DNA of 64,000 nucleotides from an uncultured Planctomycetia bacterium (lineage in GTDB: Bacteria > Omnitrophota > Gorgyraeia > 2-02-FULL-51-18 > JAGOUK01): assembly GCA_964430735.1 (NCBI GenBank), contig CAYSFB010000003.1:2039-66038 (forward strand), given 5' to 3'. The position numbers and the translations under genes are program-made. This document shows, piece after piece, positions 11,374 to 21,325 of this stretch. Below the pieces are notes generated by a model. That model did not search any database. It was given only the letters and a program-made list of their open reading frames with translations, and was not told where the DNA came from. How positions within the stretch are numbered: position 1 is the first letter of the stretch; every line of letters begins with the position of its first letter.

Positions 11374-11793
11374 ATGTCACTGCAATTTTTTAAAAGACGG
11401 CGGGTTTTGGCGGGTGCCATGTTGATCTGCTCGGTCTGGGCTTTAACGGCTGGCTGCGGTAATGCGTTGGCCCAGGCCGCGGGGAATTGGACGGACATTC
11501 TGGGTGAAAGTTCGGGTGTCAACCGCTCTTTTTCGAGCGGCGAAACACAGGGCGGCTCCGGGACCGGTGTTCCGGACATTACCGCCGGATCCACACATGT
11601 CGAGTTGCAGGGTGTGGATATGGAAGTCCTTGAGATGCAGAGTAATCTGGCTTCGGATTTTTCGAGCGTGACGGATTTTAATTCCACAATGGCCAGCACT
11701 TTTACCACCAGCGCCAGCGGCGTCATGGCGGTTGCGGCGAATCGCGGCGCTTCGTCAAGCGGCGGGGGAGGCGGTGAGGATCTTGTCGATTGA
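11374..11793 (+). CDS. Hypothetical secreted/lipoprotein-like Ser/Thr/Gly-rich protein
   Basis: MLICSVWALTAGCGN signal or lipobox-like N-terminus; low-complexity S/T/G-rich body; GGAGG RBS. Confidence 0.45.
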   Translation: MSLQFFKRRRVLAGAMLICSVWALTAGCGNALAQAAGNWTDILGESSGVNRSFSSGETQGGSGTGVPDITAGSTHVELQGVDMEVLEMQSNLASDFSSVTDFNSTMASTFTTSASGVMAVAANRGASSSGGGGGEDLVD

Positions 11794-11814
11794 GATTCGG
11801 CGCCCGGTAGCGGG

Positions 11815-13299
11815 TCAGTAATCCCAAGAGAGCCGGCTGTAGAAGTACTGAGTCGGTTCCTGAATGTCGGGCGGGAAGGCCCCTGCCGGCATGAATATTC
11901 CGTAGCGAAAACTCCATAAGAGATTCTGCATGAGCTGCCAGTGGATGTAAACGTCCCATTCTTGCCCAAGGGCATTCTCGTCTTCGACCGACTCAAAGTC
12001 GGATGTTCCACCCTCTTTTTCATCCTTGAAAAATAAGTAGGCCTTGGTTCCAATCAGCAAGCGTTTGAACGTCGGAACGTGTTCCAATGGCTGCAAGTTT
12101 GCACCCGCGCTGTATACGAACAGGTTCGAGAGGCGCGGTTGGAAGGCGTAGCCGGCGCCGTAATACCCGAAATACAGGAAGTTGTCGTCCGAAACGTCCG
12201 TCGTTCCGTTGACCGTATTGGTTACGAGAATGCGGTCGCCATCCCCCGATCCGTAGGCCGCTTCAGCTTCGATTGTAGGTTTGAGCGGAAGTTGATCCCA
12301 TGAGTGCTTGCCGCCGAGGATCCAGGCCCAGGCGGAGACTTCTGTTTTACGCAGTTCGGAGCGCAGCGTGTCGGTATAGCCGCTTCCGGTCTCTCCGACA
12401 ATTTCGCCCCACAGTTGAAGGCGTCCAAAAGGGTTGGCCGCGAAGCCCGAGCCGTAATAAAACGAATCGTAATGATAGGGTTGAGGGTTGTCCCACGGGA
12501 GTTCGCCGCTTTCGTCCTCCTGCCCTACGACATAACCGTAAAAGGAGATTCGGGGAACGACGTTGAGCGTCCATTCACCGCCGTAAAAAAACCGCTCGCC
12601 TTCTTTGTCGAATCCGGGGACGCTGAAATCGATATTGTCCAGACGCGGAGTTGTCTTGGCGACGAAATATTTGTGGGCCCATGCGCGGTTCGGGATTTCC
12701 ACCTGAACACCGTCGCTGATCGCAAAATAAGCGAGGCCGCGGCCGACATATTGAACCTGGCGGCCCAGGGTCAGACGGATCGGATCCGCGCCCGCAGCCG
12801 TTTTGAAGTCTTTGACCACGAAGGCCAGGTCCAGCAGGGGACCTTCCACATCCGCCCCGATGCCGGTATAGGTCGGTCCGACACCGCGGTCGATGTTGTT
12901 GATGCTGCCCCGGACAAAACCCCGCCAATCAGCTAAAGCAAACGAGGTCCAAAGCGCGGCCCGTTCTTCCAGCGCCCAACGCAAGAAATCAGGGTTGGAG
13001 TCCTGATTGTCGATGTCCCGGTACCAGCGGAAAGTTGCGGACAAGTTGGCCCCATAAATGCCGGTCAGTCCGCCTAGAGCATAGGAGTTTTTCTGGTCTG
13101 CGCCGGCGGGTCCGACGGCTTGTGCGCCCTTCGATTCGTCCAGGGTGGTCGAGTATGCGTCTTCCTTGAGGGTGGTGCTTTGGCGCTCGTCGGAAATGGG
13201 CCGCAACTCGGCCGCTTGGACCGCATCCGCGGGCAGGAGGAAGGGGGCGGCGAGCGAAGCTGCGATGAAAGCGCTGAAAAATCGATGAGAAATTAACAT
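11815..13299 (-). CDS. Outer-membrane beta-barrel protein (porin / alginate-export-like)
   Basis: N-terminal signal peptide, alternating amphipathic pattern, C-terminal ...RLSWDY aromatic terminus typical of OM beta-barrels. Confidence 0.6.
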   Translation of the reverse strand: MLISHRFFSAFIAASLAAPFLLPADAVQAAELRPISDERQSTTLKEDAYSTTLDESKGAQAVGPAGADQKNSYALGGLTGIYGANLSATFRWYRDIDNQDSNPDFLRWALEERAALWTSFALADWRGFVRGSINNIDRGVGPTYTGIGADVEGPLLDLAFVVKDFKTAAGADPIRLTLGRQVQYVGRGLAYFAISDGVQVEIPNRAWAHKYFVAKTTPRLDNIDFSVPGFDKEGERFFYGGEWTLNVVPRISFYGYVVGQEDESGELPWDNPQPYHYDSFYYGSGFAANPFGRLQLWGEIVGETGSGYTDTLRSELRKTEVSAWAWILGGKHSWDQLPLKPTIEAEAAYGSGDGDRILVTNTVNGTTDVSDDNFLYFGYYGAGYAFQPRLSNLFVYSAGANLQPLEHVPTFKRLLIGTKAYLFFKDEKEGGTSDFESVEDENALGQEWDVYIHWQLMQNLLWSFRYGIFMPAGAFPPDIQEPTQYFYSRLSWDY

Positions 13300-13343
13300 G
13301 GTTGATAAAATTATATAAGATTGTATGTTAAAATTCTACATAT

Positions 13344-15032
13344 ATGATTAAACGAATACCGGCATTGGCCGCTCTTTTGCTGCTGACTACGGCGCTTTCT
13401 GCATTTTTTGTACTGGTGGTCAGCCGCGCGGACTTCATCGAAAACCTGCGGCTCAAATCCATCGACAGCCTGTTTGCGATGCGATCCTCTCTTTCTCCGG
13501 CCAGCCCCAGTCTGGCTCAGATCGTGATCGTCGGCGTCGACGACGAGTCCTTCACCCGCATGAAGCGCTCCTGGCCCTGGAGTCGGGATGTCTTTGCTTT
13601 TTTTCTGGAAAAATTAACCGCCGCCTCGCCCCGGGTGGTGGCTTTTGACTTCGTCTTCAGCGGCTCGGGTCCGAATCCCAAGGCGGATGCCTGGTGGGCC
13701 AAAACCATCGCTCAATCAGGCAATACGATTCTGGCGAGTTATTACGGCGCCGAAAACACGCTGGTCCTGCCGCATCCTCAAATCGCAGGAGCCGCGCTGG
13801 CACTGGGGCTGGTCGACAAACCTCAGGACGTAGACGGCAGCAACCGCAAAACACGGGCTTTTGTGGAGGAGAAAAACAGGACGATGTTTTCTTTGGCGAT
13901 CGAGGCTTATTACCGCGGGATGGGTGCGGATCCGGCGCATTACTTGCGGGCGTTTCCCGGAAGACTGGAGTATGCGGAGCCGGAGATGCCCGACGCTTCG
14001 GCCTCGGGACGAACCGTTGCGGCGCAAACGGACCGGGAGGGAAAGATCTGGTTGTCCTACCGCTATCGGCCTGAGCGGTTCGCCTACGTGCCGTTTTGGC
14101 GCATTCTGCAGGGCGGGGAGGAATTGGCCAGGCTGAAGGGCAAAACGGTTCTCGCCGGGCCGGTCAGTCCGGTTTTTCATGACATTCATGCGACACCGAT
14201 CGGCCGGATGCCGGGCGTTTTTGCCATGGCGAACGAGTTGGCCGCGCTGATGGATCGGGATTTTGTCCGGGAGCCGTTTGCGGACACGGAGGCCCTGTTC
14301 ACGGTTCTGCTGGGGGTCTTATTCACGCTGGCGATCTACCGATTCGCCTTCGGCATCCAGCTGGCCGGGTATATCGGCATCTCCGTCATTTTTTACGGCT
14401 TGTGCGCAATTCTGTTCTGCCGGGCCGGATGGCTGATCGATCCGTTTTATCCCATCGTTGTGTTCACGCTCAACTTTATTTCCGTGGCGTCCTGGAAGGC
14501 GCTGAAGACGTTCTTGGACAACATCGCGCTTCAACGGCAGGTGATCACGGACAGTCTGACGGGATTGTACGGCCATCGCTTTTTGACCCTGAAACTTGGA
14601 AGCATCTTTTTGCACGCCATGCAGAACAAGCAGGAATTCTGCGTAGCGATGCTGGACGCCGACCATTTTAAAAAGGTCAACGACACATACGGCCATGACG
14701 TCGGCAACCAGGTGCTGATCGGAATCACCAAGGTGATGAAGCAGCATGTTCGGCGTCAGGACATCGCCGCCCGGTTCGGCGGCGAAGAGTTCTCGGTGGT
14801 GCTGATCGGCACGGATACGAAGGGCGCGCGGGAATGCCTGGAGCGGATGCGGAAGGCGATCGAGGATCTCGAATTCCATTCCGATAAAGGCAAGTTCAAG
14901 GTGACCATCAGCTCCGGACTTGTGTCGAATCAGAATCCGGCGGTGAAGACGTCCGACGATATGCTGAAGCTGGCCGATAAGGCGCTGTACCAGGCCAAGC
15001 AGGAGGGGCGCAACCGCGTCTGCACGGCATGA
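13344..15032 (+). CDS. CHASE2 sensor-domain diguanylate cyclase (GGDEF)
   Basis: N-terminal TM plus periplasmic CHASE2-like region, a second TM block, then GGDEF domain with the RFGGEEF active site. Confidence 0.8.
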   Translation: MIKRIPALAALLLLTTALSAFFVLVVSRADFIENLRLKSIDSLFAMRSSLSPASPSLAQIVIVGVDDESFTRMKRSWPWSRDVFAFFLEKLTAASPRVVAFDFVFSGSGPNPKADAWWAKTIAQSGNTILASYYGAENTLVLPHPQIAGAALALGLVDKPQDVDGSNRKTRAFVEEKNRTMFSLAIEAYYRGMGADPAHYLRAFPGRLEYAEPEMPDASASGRTVAAQTDREGKIWLSYRYRPERFAYVPFWRILQGGEELARLKGKTVLAGPVSPVFHDIHATPIGRMPGVFAMANELAALMDRDFVREPFADTEALFTVLLGVLFTLAIYRFAFGIQLAGYIGISVIFYGLCAILFCRAGWLIDPFYPIVVFTLNFISVASWKALKTFLDNIALQRQVITDSLTGLYGHRFLTLKLGSIFLHAMQNKQEFCVAMLDADHFKKVNDTYGHDVGNQVLIGITKVMKQHVRRQDIAARFGGEEFSVVLIGTDTKGARECLERMRKAIEDLEFHSDKGKFKVTISSGLVSNQNPAVKTSDDMLKLADKALYQAKQEGRNRVCTA

Positions 15033-15052
15033 TCAAGCGGTTGCGGGCAAAG

Positions 15053-15090
15053 AAAAACGCCGCATCTTGCGGATGCGGCGTTTTTCTTTT
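15053..15090. terminator. Bidirectional rho-independent terminator between the CHASE2-GGDEF gene and rpmB
   Basis: AAAAACGCCGCATC-TTGCG-GATGCGGCGTTTTT: perfect 14-bp stem with A-tract and T-tract on opposite sides. Confidence 0.8.
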
Positions 15091-15109
15091 GAAGCTGAGT
15101 TCGGAGGAC

Positions 15110-15364
15110 TTAGGCCTTGGCCGGGACGCGGCGGACGGGGGCTTTGGTCACCTTGCCGGCCTTGATGCACTTGGTGCAGACACGGACGACGCGGACGCCG
15201 CCGTTGACCAGAGCGCGGATGCTCTGAAGGTTCGGAAGGAAGCGGCGGGTGGTGATACCCGTGGTCTTCAAACCGATACCGCCGGCCTTTTTGGAAATAC
15301 CGCGGCGGGCAATCTGCTTGCCGGTCAGGGGTTTTTTGTCGCAAACTTCGCAAATTCTTGCCAT
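15110..15364 (-). CDS. rpmB: 50S ribosomal protein L28
   Basis: MARICEVCDKKPLTGKQIARRG... Confidence 0.92.
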   Translation of the reverse strand: MARICEVCDKKPLTGKQIARRGISKKAGGIGLKTTGITTRRFLPNLQSIRALVNGGVRVVRVCTKCIKAGKVTKAPVRRVPAKA

Positions 15365-15390
15365 GTTGGGGTGCCTCTAAAGTCGTGAAA

Positions 15391-17502
15391 ATGATGCCCG
15401 TGAAAGAGCAACAATTTAACACCCAAACCCCTGTACATCAAGATAAAAAGCAGGCGAACCCGCTCCTGCTTCCGCTGCGTTTCGTGAAGGGGGTGGGGCC
15501 CAAACGGCTCCTGGAGCTCGAGCGGCTGGGGATCCACACGGTGCGGGACCTCCTGTCCCACTTTCCGAGGCGGTACGAGGACCGGCGGCTGGTCAGGGAC
15601 CCGGCGGGGGAGAAGGCGCTGTTTGAGGGTCGGGTGCGGCACGTGCGGCTGATCCGGACCCGGCGGGGGCCAACCATCCTGAGGCTCGAGCTGGATTCTC
15701 AGGCGGGTCCGGTCGCGGCGCTCTGGTTCCGGTCGGATTATCTGCACGAGACGTTCAAGGGGGTTGCGCGGATCGCGCTCTTCGGCCGTTTTGAGCGGAA
15801 GGCCGGCGAGATCCAGCTGATTCATCCGGACTACGAAGTGCTTGTCGACGGACCCGAGGCCCGGCGGACGCACACCGGCCGCATCGTGCCGTTTTATTCG
15901 GCGGGCGGTGACCTGACGCCGCGCGTCCTGCGCAGCATCGAATATCAGCTCCTCACCGACGCGCTCCCGCACGTGGACGACCCGTTCGCCGTCGAGATGC
16001 GCAAGTCGCTGGCCCTTGAGAACCGGCGCTTTGCGCTGAAAAGCATCCACTTTCCGTCAAACGAAGAGGATCTGGCGCGCGCGTACCGACGCTTCGTGTT
16101 CGACGAGTTCTTTTTTATCCAGCTGCTGCTCATGCTGCGACGCCACCGGCGCGCGGCGTCGCCGGCCGCCCGGATCAAGGCGGACGCTGCGGTGGCGGAC
16201 GTGTTCGCCAAATTTCTCCCGTTCGAAATGACCGACGCGCAAAAAGGCGCGATCAAGGCCGTGGCCGCCGATCTGGACAACGCGAAGCGGATGAAACGCC
16301 TCCTTCAAGGGGACGTCGGCAGCGGCAAGACGACGGTTGCGGCATTCGCGCTATTCGCCGCCGCGCGCGACGGTCGGCAGGGCGCCATCCTCGCCCCGAC
16401 CGAAATTCTGGCGCAGCAGCACTACATGACGCTGAGCCGCCTCTTTCTTGATTCGGGGATTCGCGTCGGACTCCTTTGCCGCGGTGTCTCGGCCGCCGAG
16501 CGGACCCAGACGCTGGCGGAGCTGGCCGACGGAACGATCGGGATCGTTGTCGGGACGCACGCGCTGCTTCAGGACGCGGTGAAGTTTAAAAAACTCGACA
16601 TGCTGGTCGTCGACGAGCAGCACAAGTTCGGCGTGTTTCAACGCGCGCAGCTGGAGAAAAAAGCGTCCGCGCCGCACGTGCTCATGATGACCGCGACGCC
16701 GATTCCGCAGACGCTGGCGATGTCCCTTTACGGCGACATGGACGTGACGGAAATGAAGGGCCGGCCGGCAGGGCGCGGACGGGTGAGCACCTGCTGGACG
16801 GCGTCGGACCGGCGCGCGGAGATGATCGCGTGGATCCGACGCGAGGCGGAGCAGGGGCGGCAGGCGTACGTGGTGTATCCGGCGCTGGAGGCTGCCGCGG
16901 ATGCGGCCGGCAGGATGAAGTCGGTCCAGCTCGGCGTGGAAGAGCTCCGACGCGAACTCAAGGATCTGAAGGTCGACTGGATCCACGGCAAGATGAGCGC
17001 GGACGAGAAAAAGCGTGCCATGGCGGGATTCGTGAAGAACCAAACGCAGGTGCTGGCGGCGACCACCGTGATCGAAGTCGGCGTCGACGTGCCGAACGCG
17101 ACCCTCATGATCATCGAGAACGCCGAGCGCTTCGGCCTGAGCCAGCTGCACCAGCTGCGCGGGCGCATCGGCCGCGGAAAGCACGAAGCTTTTTGCGTGC
17201 TCATGTCCGACGCGGACGATCCGGCGTCGCGCGAGCGGTTGGAGGCTTTTTGCGAGACGGAGAGCGGGTTCGAGATCGCGGAAAAAGATTTGAAGCTGCG
17301 CGGTCCGGGCGACATCTGGGGTGCGCGCCAGCACGGACTTCCGCAGCTCAAGATCGGAAACCTGTCGCGCGACGGCGAAATCATGGCTGCAGCCCGCGCC
17401 GAAGCCGCCCGATGGATCGCGGAGGACCCGCACTTGAAAAAACCCGAGCACGCCGTCGCCCGCGAAGAGCTCAAGGCGCGCTTCCCGGAATTCACCGTAT
17501 GA
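15391..17502 (+). CDS. recG: ATP-dependent DNA helicase RecG
   Basis: Wedge domain plus DVGSGKTTVA Walker A and helicase C-terminal motifs. ATG 15391 chosen to avoid overlap with the divergent rpmB start. Confidence 0.88.
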   Translation: MMPVKEQQFNTQTPVHQDKKQANPLLLPLRFVKGVGPKRLLELERLGIHTVRDLLSHFPRRYEDRRLVRDPAGEKALFEGRVRHVRLIRTRRGPTILRLELDSQAGPVAALWFRSDYLHETFKGVARIALFGRFERKAGEIQLIHPDYEVLVDGPEARRTHTGRIVPFYSAGGDLTPRVLRSIEYQLLTDALPHVDDPFAVEMRKSLALENRRFALKSIHFPSNEEDLARAYRRFVFDEFFFIQLLLMLRRHRRAASPAARIKADAAVADVFAKFLPFEMTDAQKGAIKAVAADLDNAKRMKRLLQGDVGSGKTTVAAFALFAAARDGRQGAILAPTEILAQQHYMTLSRLFLDSGIRVGLLCRGVSAAERTQTLAELADGTIGIVVGTHALLQDAVKFKKLDMLVVDEQHKFGVFQRAQLEKKASAPHVLMMTATPIPQTLAMSLYGDMDVTEMKGRPAGRGRVSTCWTASDRRAEMIAWIRREAEQGRQAYVVYPALEAAADAAGRMKSVQLGVEELRRELKDLKVDWIHGKMSADEKKRAMAGFVKNQTQVLAATTVIEVGVDVPNATLMIIENAERFGLSQLHQLRGRIGRGKHEAFCVLMSDADDPASRERLEAFCETESGFEIAEKDLKLRGPGDIWGARQHGLPQLKIGNLSRDGEIMAAARAEAARWIAEDPHLKKPEHAVAREELKARFPEFTV

Positions 17503-18050
17503 AAATTCTGACCGGCCGGCTCAAGGACACGCCGATTCCGTTCAAGGAACAGCCGGGGCTGCGGCCGACGCCGGACCGCGTCCGCAAGGCGATCATGGAT
17601 TCGCTCGCGCACGGCTGGGACGGCGCGCAGGTGCTGGACCTTTACAGCGGGACGGGCGCGTTGGGGTTGGAGGCTATTTCGGCGGGAGCAGCGTCGGCGG
17701 TGTTTGTGGAATCGGATCGCCGGCGGGCGCAGGACATTGAGCGGCTCATCGGCTCCTGGGGACTGGACCAAACGTGCCGGGTCGAGGCCGGCGACGTGCT
17801 GGCGGTGATGGACCAGCTGGAAGACCGGGGCGAGCGCTTCGACCGGGTGTTTGCCGACCCGCCGTACGAGAAGGGTCATGCGTTGAAGACGCTGGAGTTT
17901 TTTAAGAACGGTGCGGCTTTGCAGCCGGGGGCCTGGCTGGTGATCGAGACCTATAAAAAGGAAGCGATGCCCGAGGCGCTGGGCCGGCTGGAATGCCGGC
18001 GCAGCGCTTTTTACGGCGATACGGCGGTCCACTACTATCTTTTGGTTTAG
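17499..18050 (+). CDS. rsmD: 16S rRNA (guanine966-N2)-methyltransferase RsmD
   Basis: LDLYSGTGALGLEAISAGA...FADPPY motif; ATGA overlap with recG. Confidence 0.85.
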   Translation: MKILTGRLKDTPIPFKEQPGLRPTPDRVRKAIMDSLAHGWDGAQVLDLYSGTGALGLEAISAGAASAVFVESDRRRAQDIERLIGSWGLDQTCRVEAGDVLAVMDQLEDRGERFDRVFADPPYEKGHALKTLEFFKNGAALQPGAWLVIETYKKEAMPEALGRLECRRSAFYGDTAVHYYLLV

Positions 18051-18147
18051 TTTTACTTCCGCTACCCGGCCAGAGTGTTGCACGGCCTAGCCGCATACTA
18101 TATAATGCACAACCATTGTCCGACCGGCTCAAGATTTTGGAGGCCTC

Positions 18148-18651
18148 ATGGCCAAAAAAGCGAAGTTGGCGATCTGTCCGGGAACCTTTGATCCGGTGAC
18201 CTACGGTCATCTGGACCTGATCGACCGTGCGCTCAAAATCTTTGACCGGGTGATCGTCGCGGTGGCCGAAAACGCCGGCAAGGACCCGCTTTTTTCCCTG
18301 GAAGAGCGGCTGGACATGGTTCGGAACGCCACGGCGAAAAAGCCGGCCGTTTCCGTCGAAACGTTCGACGGGCTCGTCGTCGAATACGCGATGAAAAAGG
18401 GGGCGGCGGCCCTGATCCGCGGCGTGCGCATGCTCTCGGATTTCGAATACGAATTCCAAATGGCGCTCACGAACCGCAAGCTCGAGCCGCGCGTCGAAAC
18501 GCTTTTTTTGATGCCGAACGAATCGTACGCGTATTTGACGAGCCGTCTGATCAAGGAAATTGCCAAGAACGGCGGCGAAACGCGATCCTACGTTCCCAAG
18601 TACGTCCACGGACGGCTCGCGGAACGCTTCGCGCGGCCCCGCAAGCGGTAA
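18148..18651 (+). CDS. coaD: Phosphopantetheine adenylyltransferase
   Basis: LAICPGTFDPVTYGHLDLI... Confidence 0.92.
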   Translation: MAKKAKLAICPGTFDPVTYGHLDLIDRALKIFDRVIVAVAENAGKDPLFSLEERLDMVRNATAKKPAVSVETFDGLVVEYAMKKGAAALIRGVRMLSDFEYEFQMALTNRKLEPRVETLFLMPNESYAYLTSRLIKEIAKNGGETRSYVPKYVHGRLAERFARPRKR

Positions 18652-18653
18652 AT

Positions 18654-19094
18654 ATGGCCGGCCCGGGGACGACGGATATCCGGCGCATCGCGGTGCTGCA
18701 TTTGCATCGGGGTCCGATGGACTTCGATACGACGGTTTCGGGCGAGGACTTCGATCTCGGCGCGGACGCGCCCCGGTTCCTCAAGCCGATCCGGATCACC
18801 GGCAACGTCTCGATCGTGGACGACCAGGTGATCGCGAGCGTCAAGCTGCGCGGTGAGGGGACGGCCCCCTGCGCGCGCTGCCTCGAAGACGCGAAGCAGG
18901 AATTCAATCAGGATTTTTTTCTGGCCTTCGAATTGCCGAAGGAACGTTTTATCGATCTTTTGCCCTTGCTCCGGGAAGAGATGCTTCTGGAGCAGCCCTT
19001 GCAGGTCCTGTGCCGGCCCAAATGCAAGGGGCTTTGCGCCGAGTGCGGAACGAACCTGAATACGGGTTCCTGCAAATGCGTCAAGCGGTCATAA
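18654..19094 (+). CDS. yceD: YceD/DUF177 family protein (large-subunit rRNA accumulation protein)
   Basis: C-terminal CxxC...CxxC cluster, and it sits immediately upstream of rpmF as in many bacteria. Confidence 0.75.
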   Translation: MAGPGTTDIRRIAVLHLHRGPMDFDTTVSGEDFDLGADAPRFLKPIRITGNVSIVDDQVIASVKLRGEGTAPCARCLEDAKQEFNQDFFLAFELPKERFIDLLPLLREEMLLEQPLQVLCRPKCKGLCAECGTNLNTGSCKCVKRS

Positions 19095-19136
19095 CGCGTC
19101 TCGTTCACCAACAGCAGTACACGTAAGGAAACCACC

Positions 19137-19316
19137 ATGCCCAATCCCAAACGCCGGCATTCCAACGAACGCACCCGGAAGCGCCGTACCCACGACAAGA
19201 TCACGTCCAACGCCGCCTCCAAATGCTCCCAGTGCGGAGCGGACCGCGAGCCGCATCGCGTGTGCGTGAAGTGCGGTTACTACAAAGGCAAGCCGGTCAT
19301 CAGCGCCAAGGCCTAA
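19137..19316 (+). CDS. rpmF: 50S ribosomal protein L32 (59 aa; below the ORF-track size cutoff)
   Basis: Manual translation gives MPNPKRRHSNERTRKRRTHDKITSNAASKCSQCGADREPHRVCVKCGYYKGKPVISAKA with the C4 zinc ribbon; AAGGAA RBS upstream. Confidence 0.85.
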   Translation: MPNPKRRHSNERTRKRRTHDKITSNAASKCSQCGADREPHRVCVKCGYYKGKPVISAKA

Positions 19317-20345
19317 GTGAGCCCCGACATCAGCCGTCCGCTCAAGATCGCGGTCGACGCCATGGGAGGCGATCACGCGCCCCGCGCGATCGTCGAAGGC
19401 GCGGTCGAAGCCGCCCGGGCTTACGACCACCACATCGTTCTCGTCGGCCAGACCGACGCGATCGAGCGTGAGCTGGCGCGGATCGGCGACCGGCCCCGGA
19501 ACCTTTCGATCCATCACGCGGAGAGCGTGATCGGAATGTCCGAGTCGGCTTCTGTCAGCGTCCGCCGCAAAAAGGACGCCTCCGTCTGCGTCTGCGCGGA
19601 CCTGGCCAAGGCGGAGCTGGTCGACGCCATCGTCACCGCGGGCCACACCGGCGCCGCGGTCGCGGCGACGACGCTCAAGCTGCGGCTGCTTGAAGGGATC
19701 GACCGTCCCGGCATCGGCATCGCGTTTCCGACGCTCAAAGGCCCGTCCTTCCTGATCGACGTCGGCGCGAACATCGAGACCAAGCCCATTCACTACCTCC
19801 AGTACGCGACGATGGGCGACGTGTATTTCCGCAACATCCTCGGCAAGCGCAACCCGACGGTCGGCATCCTCAACATCGGCGAGGAAGACTCGAAGGGGAC
19901 CGAGAACATCAAGGAAGCGCGCAAGCTGCTCGAAGCCAGCAAGCTCAACTTCATCGGCAACGTCGAAGGCCGCGACATCTTCAACGGCAAGGTCGACATC
20001 ATCGTCTGCGACGGCTTCGTCGGCAATGTCGTCCTCAAAGTCGCGGAGTCGATCGTCGACGTCATCGGCCAGCTCCTCAAGAAGAACCTCAAGAAAAATT
20101 ACATGACGATGCTCGGCGCGCTCCTTTCGAAGTCGGCCTTCAAGGCCCTGAAGCGCGAAGTTGATTACACCGAATACGGCGGCGCTCCGCTTCTCGGCAT
20201 CGACGGAACCTGCATCATCAGCCACGGATCCTCCAATCCCAACGCGATCAAGAACGCGATCCGCGTCGCGGGCGAATTCGTCCGCTGCCGCATCAACGAG
20301 CGCATCGTCCAGGAAGCGCGCCTCCTCAAAGGCAACGCCGCTTGA
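19317..20345 (+). CDS. plsX: Phosphate acyltransferase PlsX
   Basis: LKIAVDAMGGDHAPRAIVEGA...; GTG start abuts the rpmF stop. Confidence 0.9.
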   Translation: MSPDISRPLKIAVDAMGGDHAPRAIVEGAVEAARAYDHHIVLVGQTDAIERELARIGDRPRNLSIHHAESVIGMSESASVSVRRKKDASVCVCADLAKAELVDAIVTAGHTGAAVAATTLKLRLLEGIDRPGIGIAFPTLKGPSFLIDVGANIETKPIHYLQYATMGDVYFRNILGKRNPTVGILNIGEEDSKGTENIKEARKLLEASKLNFIGNVEGRDIFNGKVDIIVCDGFVGNVVLKVAESIVDVIGQLLKKNLKKNYMTMLGALLSKSAFKALKREVDYTEYGGAPLLGIDGTCIISHGSSNPNAIKNAIRVAGEFVRCRINERIVQEARLLKGNAA

Positions 20346-21325
20346 GTTCCTTCGGCATCGTCGGGATCGGCCATGCCGTCCCGTCCAAAATCCTGACCAA
20401 TAAAGACCTTGAGCGGATGGTCGAAACATCCGACGAGTGGATTGTCACCCGCACGGGCATCCGTGAGCGCCGCATCGCCGAGCCCGGCGACGGGACCAGC
20501 CGCTGGGCCGTCGAGGCCGCGCGGAAGGCGATGGCTCAAGCCGGCGTCACCGCCGAAGAGTTGGACCTCATCATCGTCGGTACGACGACGCCCGACATGC
20601 CGCTGCCCTCTACTGCCTGCTTTGTGCAGCGCGACCTGGGCGCGAAGAACGCCGTCTGCTTCGACCTCGCCGCCGCCTGCGCGGGCTTCCTGTACTCCCT
20701 TTCGACCGCGCATCAATTCCTGATGTCGGGTGCCGCAAAGACGGCTCTCGTGATCGGCGCCGACCAGATCTCTTCTTTTTTGGACTGGAAAGACCGTTCG
20801 ACCTGCGTGCTGTTCGGCGATGCGGGCGCGGCGGTCGTGGTGAAGGCCGTTCCGGGCCGCGGCATCATCGCGTGCTCGCTCGGATCGGCCGGAGAGCACG
20901 CCGACCTCCTCAAGATTCCGGGCGGCGGCTCCAAGAGTCGGCCGACCAATGCGACGGTCGCGGCCGGAGACCACTTTTTGAAGATGAGCGGTTCGGAAGT
21001 GTTCAAACTCGCCGTGCGCGGGATGTCACAGTCGATCGCGTCGGTTCTGGAAAAAGCCAATGTGAGCATCGGCGAAGTGGCCTGCATCGTCCCGCATCAG
21101 GCGAACATGCGCATCATCGACGCGGTCGCCGAACGTCTCGGCGTCGAAAAATCCAAAGTATTCCTGAATCTGGACCGTTACGGCAACACGTCCGCGGCTT
21201 CGGTTGCAATGGGGCTGTCGGAAGCGGCCGAGCAAAAAGTGATCAAGAAGGGCGACCTCGTCCTGTTGACGACGTTCGGCGCGGGCCTCGTCTGGGGCAG
21301 CGCGCTCATCGAGTGGGGGATTTGA
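20342..21325 (+). CDS. fabH: 3-oxoacyl-ACP synthase III
   Basis: FabH fold with active-site Cys in the AAACAGF context. Confidence 0.92.
   Translation: MSSFGIVGIGHAVPSKILTNKDLERMVETSDEWIVTRTGIRERRIAEPGDGTSRWAVEAARKAMAQAGVTAEELDLIIVGTTTPDMPLPSTACFVQRDLGAKNAVCFDLAAACAGFLYSLSTAHQFLMSGAAKTALVIGADQISSFLDWKDRSTCVLFGDAGAAVVVKAVPGRGIIACSLGSAGEHADLLKIPGGGSKSRPTNATVAAGDHFLKMSGSEVFKLAVRGMSQSIASVLEKANVSIGEVACIVPHQANMRIIDAVAERLGVEKSKVFLNLDRYGNTSAASVAMGLSEAAEQKVIKKGDLVLLTTFGAGLVWGSALIEWGI

Noticed and set aside
19137-19316. Apparent frameshift in rpmF (L32)
   Set aside because: I first misjoined two sequence lines. On re-reading, the junction ...ccgcatcgcg/tgtgcgtgaag... gives an intact 59-aa L32 with its C4 zinc ribbon, so there is no frameshift.
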